A DNA stretch of 64,000 bases, taken from positions 112,505-176,504 of IMG/VR virus record IMGVR_UViG_3300049198_000021. One strand, given 5' to 3'. This document shows, piece by piece, positions 60,984 to 64,000 of the stretch. How positions within the stretch are numbered: the stretch's first letter is position 1; every line of letters begins with the position of its first letter. The notes below the pieces were generated by a model, which was not told where the DNA came from, made no database searches, and was given only the letters and a program-made list of their open reading frames with translations. Position numbers and translations under genes: made by a program. Origin of the DNA: a virus (taxonomy: Duplodnaviria; Caudoviricetes).

Positions 60984-61062
60984 CAGGCGGTAGGGGAGTC
61001 TGGCCGTCCCTACCTCCCTCGGACGGAGGGGATCGCAGGTTCGAATCCTGCCCGCCTGACCA
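60984..61062 (+). tRNA. tRNA-Pro(CGG)
   Basis: CCTCC-CTCGGAC-GGAGG, GGTTCGAATCC, CCA. Confidence 0.92.
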
Positions 61063-61068
61063 AGTTAT

Positions 61069-61139
61069 AGCAGAGCCTCAGTGGGGGCGGGGCCTCATAA
61101 GCCTTTGACCCGGTGGCGCACATCCACCCTTTGCTACCA
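61069..61139 (+). tRNA. Atypical tRNA-Met(CAT)
   Basis: AGCAGAG/CTTTGCT acceptor, CTCATAA loop, CCA; reduced D arm; T loop CGCACAT. Confidence 0.65.
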
Positions 61140-61277
61140 GATAGGTGACCCAGCCACCTCCTCGTCGATCGCCGAGATCGTCAGGTGCCCCGCACGATCA
61201 GCGGAGCTAGTAAAACCACTGGGACGTTTCGAACCGTCTCGTTGAGACGCGTCTAAGCCGGAGTAATTAACCGGCGT

Positions 61278-61388
61278 ATGCGGGGCGGTTGTAGAACGAG
61301 GAGGACGCCGGTTCGAATCCGGCCACCGGGGCAAGGCTCCGGTGTAGCTCAGGTGGTTAGAGCGCCTTGTTGGTTTCGTCCCCGGCAT
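61278..61388 (+). ncRNA. YrlA-type Y RNA-like circularly permuted tRNA mimic
   Basis: Order is T arm (GCCGG-TTCGAAT-CCGGC), loop-closed acceptor stem (CACCGGGGC-AAG-GCTCCGGTG), D arm (TAGCTCAGGTGGTTAGAGC); anticodon stem AACGAGG/CCTTGTT continues into a terminal stem. Confidence 0.75.
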
Positions 61389-61417
61389 CCGTCAAATCGG
61401 ATGGGACAAGAGTTTGT

Positions 61418-61493
61418 TGGTGATTAGCTCATTCAGGAGAGCGCTGGTGTCACATACCAGAGGCGGCAGGGGCAGAGCCTGCATCACCAACCA
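61418..61493 (+). tRNA. tRNA-Val(CAC)
   Basis: CTGGT-GTCACAT-ACCAG, CCA; T loop GGCAGAG. Confidence 0.8.
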
Positions 61494-61494
61494 T

Positions 61495-61572
61495 CCACGG
61501 ATAGCTCAGTTGGTAGAGCGGCCGACCGATAATCGGCGTCTTGCGGTGGTTCGAGCCCACCTCTGTGGACCA
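61495..61572 (+). tRNA. tRNA-Ile(GAT)
   Basis: GCCGA-CCGATAA-TCGGC (C33), CCA. Confidence 0.85.
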
Positions 61573-61622
61573 GTTTGAATAGGCTGTAACAGCCGAAACT
61601 CAGGGGTTAGTCTCCCTGTAAG

Positions 61623-61711
61623 AGTGAGACCAATAGACCGAACATTCGGCCGGCGGATGAGTTGACGACTCGCACTCCCGGCGCGATCAGTAGGTTGAGG
61701 TCTCGCTACCA
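61623..61711 (+). ncRNA. CCA-ended tRNA-like RNA, unassigned
   Basis: AGTGAGACC/GGTCTCGCT stem followed by ACCA, internal hairpins, no canonical T loop. Confidence 0.4.
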
Positions 61712-61717
61712 GTTTAT

Positions 61718-61792
61718 TTCGTAGTAGCTCAATGGTGGAGCAGCCCGCTGTTAACGGGAAGGTTGTAGGTTCGAGCCCTACCTACGGAGCCA
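61718..61792 (+). tRNA. tRNA-Asn(GTT)
   Basis: CTGTTAA loop, G73, CCA. Confidence 0.92.
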
Positions 61793-61806
61793 GATAGGAG
61801 AAGTGA

Positions 61807-62115
61807 GTGGAACGCTACAACATCAGCTACGACAGCCCCGGACGGAAACTCCGGGAGACTGATCCGGGACCGTCTGACACCACATGGAAAGGTGTCCGGG
61901 AACATTGGTCGAAGTCGTATGATGGGCAGTTCCTCTCGGATTATGAAGAAGGCGTTCAGCTTGCTATCGCTGATCTGGAAGCTGGTGGTCGAGAGAATCG
62001 CGATGCGCTTCTGGCGGTCGAAGCAACCCAACGCAATCACAGTTGGAATGCTCAGAAGGACGGTTACCTCGATACGATCGGCGAGGGAAAATATATCGGT
62101 CAACTTAATTTCTGA
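61807..62115 (+). CDS. Hypothetical protein inside tRNA operon 1
   Basis: AGGAG RBS, GTG start, 102 aa. Confidence 0.6.
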   Translation: MERYNISYDSPGRKLRETDPGPSDTTWKGVREHWSKSYDGQFLSDYEEGVQLAIADLEAGGRENRDALLAVEATQRNHSWNAQKDGYLDTIGEGKYIGQLNF

Positions 62116-62118
62116 TTT

Positions 62119-62190
62119 GATCCTGTAGCTCAATGGTAGAGCCAGCCCCTCATAAGGGCCGGGTTATAGGTTCAAGTCCTATCAGGATTA
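62119..62190 (+). tRNA. tRNA-Met or Ile2 (CAT)
   Basis: CTCATAA loop; C4-G69/C5-G68 is compatible with a TilS substrate; CCA not encoded. Confidence 0.85.
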
Positions 62191-62191
62191 C

Positions 62192-62267
62192 GCTTCGTTA
62201 GCTCAGTTAGGAGAGCGCTGCTGTGACATGGCAGAGGCCGTAGGGGCAGGACCTACACGAAGCACCA
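62192..62267 (+). tRNA. tRNA-Val(GAC)
   Basis: CTGCT-GTGACAT-GGCAG, CCA; T loop GGCAGGA. Confidence 0.8.
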
Positions 62268-62277
62268 TTTACCCAGT

Positions 62278-62354
62278 GGGGACGCATGTTCTAAGGGTAG
62301 CGAGGACCCCTTGCAAGGCTCCTGATGTCGGTTCGATTCCGACCGTCTCCACCA
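62278..62354 (+). tRNA. tRNA-Ala(TGC)
   Basis: GGGGACG/CGTCTCC with G3-U70, A73, loop CTTGCAA, CCA. Confidence 0.85.
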
Positions 62355-62382
62355 ACTATTTTCGCTGTCTGTGATTTTTTGT

Positions 62383-62411
62383 TTGACATCACAAACCGAA
62401 TCACATATAGT
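62383..62411 (+). promoter_or_regulatory. Sigma70-like promoter of tRNA operon 2
   Basis: TTGACA-N17-TATAGT. Confidence 0.85.
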
Positions 62412-62466
62412 TCGGCTTCAACAACGGGACACGGTGTCCCACAAACAGGATTTTAGAGTGAACGCT

Positions 62467-62529
62467 ATGACCACCCGGTTCGGAAAACGAGATCGCCGAG
62501 AAGGCGATGAACGAGGTTTTACCTCGTAA
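62467..62529 (+). CDS. Attenuator leader peptide 2 (MTTRFGKRDRREGDERGFTS)
   Basis: 20-codon ORF (in-frame GTG at 62458 also possible); codons 4-18 are all R/F/G/K/D/E; same AGGATTTTAGAG upstream element as leader 1. Confidence 0.8.
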   Translation: MTTRFGKRDRREGDERGFTS

Positions 62530-62565
62530 CCCGGTAGTGCGTGTTGCTGCCGGTGTTGTCCTGAC

Positions 62566-62642
62566 GGACCGGTAGCTCAGTAGGTTAGAGCAGGGGATTC
62601 TTAATCCCAAGGTCGAGAGTTCAAATCTCTCCCGGTCATCCA
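62566..62642 (+). tRNA. tRNA-Lys(CTT) inside attenuator 2
   Basis: TTCTTAA loop, GAGAG-TTCAAAT-CTCTC; G1-A72 mismatch and U73; CCA. Confidence 0.8.
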
Positions 62643-62659
62643 AGACAACATCGGTTTTC

Positions 62660-62698
62660 AAAACGCCCTACCGGTCGCCCGGTGGGGCGTTTTCGTTT
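62660..62698 (+). terminator. Attenuator terminator 2
   Basis: AAAACGCCCTACCGG-TCGC-CCGGTGGGGCGTTTT followed by CGTTT. Confidence 0.85.
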
Positions 62699-62726
62699 GC
62701 CCTTTCTCGGCCGGCTCCCTTGGAAT

Positions 62727-62802
62727 GGACCGGTAGCTCAGTAGGCAGAGCGCGGGACTTTTAATCTTGAGGTCGTGGGTTCGAACCCCACTCGGTCTAC
62801 CA
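62727..62802 (+). tRNA. tRNA-Lys(TTT)
   Basis: CTTTTAA loop, CCA. Confidence 0.92.
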
Positions 62803-62828
62803 AGGAGTTCAATAGGTTACGACTAGAT

Positions 62829-62903
62829 GCGGGTGTAGCTCAGTGGTAGAGCACCTGCTTGCCAAGTAGAAGGTCGCGGGTTCGATCCCCGCTACCCGCT
62901 CCA
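62829..62903 (+). tRNA. tRNA-Gly(GCC)
   Basis: GCGGGTG acceptor, TTGCCAA loop, U73, CCA. Confidence 0.93.
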
Positions 62904-62931
62904 GTCGAAGTTGTTAGTGATGAGTGATGAT

Positions 62932-63006
62932 GCGTCCGTAGCCAAGCGGAAAGGCAGTGGGTTTCCACCCCGCGATGCGCGAGTTCGATCCTCGCCGGAC
63001 GCTCCA
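62932..63006 (+). tRNA. tRNA-Gly(TCC)
   Basis: TTTCCAC loop, U73, CCA. Confidence 0.92.
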
Positions 63007-63018
63007 TCACTTATCATT

Positions 63019-63093
63019 GGCCGTGAAGCCCAACGGTTGGGCAGCGGATTGTCTATCCGAAGGTTGCGGGTTCGAATCCCGTCACGGTCGCCA
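63019..63093 (+). tRNA. tRNA-Asp(GTC)
   Basis: TTGTCTA loop, G73, CCA. Confidence 0.9.
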
Positions 63094-63096
63094 GTT

Positions 63097-63206
63097 TGCA
63101 GTATCGTCTAATCCCCGACAACGGGGACAGAGTGTCATGACCTCTGGGACTAGGATAGCCGGGCGAAGAACCGGAGGATGTCGGTTCGATCCCGGCTGCT
63201 GCGCCA
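63097..63206 (+). ncRNA. tRNA-like RNA with two extra hairpins in the D loop
   Basis: TGCAGTA/TGCTGCG stem, canonical T arm, CCA; inserted TCCCCG/CGGGGA and CAGAG/CTCTG hairpins; 8-nt loop GCGAAGAA. Confidence 0.6.
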
Positions 63207-63213
63207 AGTTTAT

Positions 63214-63292
63214 ACCGTCGTCGCGGAAGTGACACGCCCGATTGATCGATCGGCCCGGCAGGGTGTGGGTGAAAGACCCACCGACGGTTCCA
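63214..63292 (+). ncRNA. tRNA-like RNA of undetermined isotype
   Basis: ACCGTCG/CGACGGT followed by TCCA, short variable arm, T loop TGAAAGA, 6-nt anticodon loop TGATCG. Confidence 0.55.
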
Positions 63293-63299
63293 AATTCAC

Positions 63300-63373
63300 G
63301 GCCCCATCCTCTATGGGTAAGAGGCCGCCTTCTCATGGCGGTAAACCGGGTTCGAGCCCCGGTGGGGCTACCA
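63300..63373 (+). tRNA. tRNA-Glu(CTC)
   Basis: CCGCC-TTCTCAT-GGCGG, CCA. Confidence 0.9.
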
Positions 63374-63387
63374 AGTTTGCGAATTAA

Positions 63388-63463
63388 GGTCTGGAAGATC
63401 AACTGGAAGATCAACTGATTACGAATCAGAAGGGTGTGGGTTCGAATCCCACGCAGACCACCA
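63388..63463 (+). tRNA. tRNA-Arg(ACG)
   Basis: TTACGAA loop, CCA. Confidence 0.88.
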
Positions 63464-63470
63464 AGTTAAT

Positions 63471-63544
63471 GGCCCCATCCTCTATGGGTAAGAGTCCGCC
63501 CTTTCAAGGCGAGAAACCGGGTTCGAGCCCCGGTGGGGTCACCA
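63471..63544 (+). tRNA. tRNA-Glu(TTC)
   Basis: CTTTCAA loop, CCA; paralog of 63300. Confidence 0.9.
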
Positions 63545-63556
63545 GAATATATCAGT

Positions 63557-63632
63557 GCCGCTTTAGCTCAACTGGATAGAGCGCGGGCGTCCGAAGCCCA
63601 AGACTGGGGTTCGAGTCCCTGAGGCGGCACCA
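63557..63632 (+). tRNA. tRNA-Arg(CCG)
   Basis: GTCCGAA loop, CCA. Confidence 0.9.
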
Positions 63633-63633
63633 C

Positions 63634-63708
63634 GGATAGGTAGCTCAGTGGTAGAGCGCCGGCTTGAAACCCCGGAAGTCGAAGGTTCAATTCCTTCTCT
63701 ATCCACCA
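63634..63708 (+). tRNA. tRNA-Phe(GAA)
   Basis: TTGAAAC loop, CCA. Confidence 0.9.
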
Positions 63709-63714
63709 TACTCT

Positions 63715-63784
63715 GCCCCCGCCGAGGTGGGCCATGAGCCTTCTAAGCTCTAGGGCGTCGGTTCGATTCCGGCCGGGGGCTCCA
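63715..63784 (+). tRNA. Atypical tRNA-Arg(TCT) with reduced D arm
   Basis: GCCCCCG/CGGGGGC, CTTCTAA loop, canonical T arm, CCA; only 70 nt. Confidence 0.75.
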
Positions 63785-63785
63785 T

Positions 63786-63873
63786 ACTTCCCGAGCGGGA
63801 AGATTTGCTCCCGATCGGGATCAGAACGACCAGAAACTTCCCGATCGGGAAGATATGCTCCCGAGCGGGATCA
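63786..63873. repeat. Four palindromic TCCCGA(G/T)CGGGA boxes in a 50-bp-period direct repeat
   Basis: Boxes start at 63789, 63809, 63839 and 63859. Confidence 0.9.
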
Positions 63874-63903
63874 AAAAAAAAACACCGACATTGAAAATAA
63901 GTG

Positions 63904-63932
63904 TTGACTCCTGTAGGTTCCTTCCATATACT
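63904..63932 (+). promoter_or_regulatory. Sigma70-like promoter of predicted tRNA operon 3
   Basis: TTGACT-N17-TATACT; A-tract and CACCGACATT box upstream. Confidence 0.8.
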
Positions 63933-63939
63933 TCGCAGC

Positions 63940-64000
63940 ATGTTCACACAGACCGCCTTGCAATGCCTTACGGGCACCACGCTATATTGGCATAGCCAGT
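63940..64000 (+). CDS. Predicted leaderless leader peptide 3 (MFTQTALQCLTGTTLYWHSQ..., truncated by window)
   Basis: Only 7 nt separate the -10 box from the ATG; 16 of codons 3-20 are T/Q/L/C/Y/W/H/S. Confidence 0.7.
   Translation, partial: MFTQTALQCLTGTTLYWHSQ

Noticed and set aside
61144-61388. Two-piece (permuted) tmRNA
   Set aside because: No CCA after the acceptor strand, a full tRNA D arm is present, and no tag ORF ending in an AA-like motif follows. YrlA architecture fits better.
62278-62354. tRNA-Cys(GCA) reading
   Set aside because: The 7-nt loop CTTGCAA centres on TGC, and the acceptor has G3-U70 with A73, which marks Ala.
63786-63873. Mini CRISPR array
   Set aside because: Only two 38-bp units with a 12-bp gap, too short for spacers.

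Overview
This window is part of a large tailed phage genome, most likely phiCbK-like and infecting an alphaproteobacterium (inferred from gene content and promoter motifs). From left to right it holds four blocks. (1) 1-22133 (+): a GTA-like tail module (tape measure, DUF2460-type, BR0599-type hub, NlpC/P60, two paralogous tail-tip proteins, fibre genes) and an endolysin/spanin cassette. (2) 22249-28152 (+): thyX, NAD-dependent ligase, two XRE regulators and accessory genes. (3) 28208-56087 (-): a replication and nucleotide-metabolism arm (repressor, RNR, dNMP kinase, two helicases, SSB-like protein, exonucleases, T7-like DNA polymerase, methyltransferase, dCMP deaminase), followed on the + strand by a tyrosine recombinase. 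(4) 58380-64000 (+): a roughly 5.6 kb RNA island with a GOLLD-like large RNA, a train of unannotated structured RNAs, a YrlA-like Y RNA and about 20 tRNA or tRNA-like genes. Main finding: the tRNA genes are split into operons by amino acid. Two complete operons each start with a sigma70-type promoter, a short leader ORF and a terminator/antiterminator switch, and the codons of each leader match the isotypes of its own tRNA operon: leader 1 N/V/A/M/P/I, leader 2 R/F/G/K/D/E. A third promoter and leader, cut off by the window edge, is rich in T/Q/L/C/Y/W/H/S, so the three sets together cover all 20 amino acids. This looks like ribosome-mediated attenuation that switches on phage tRNA supply when the matching host tRNAs fail. 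All family assignments come from motif recognition by eye; no database searches were run.
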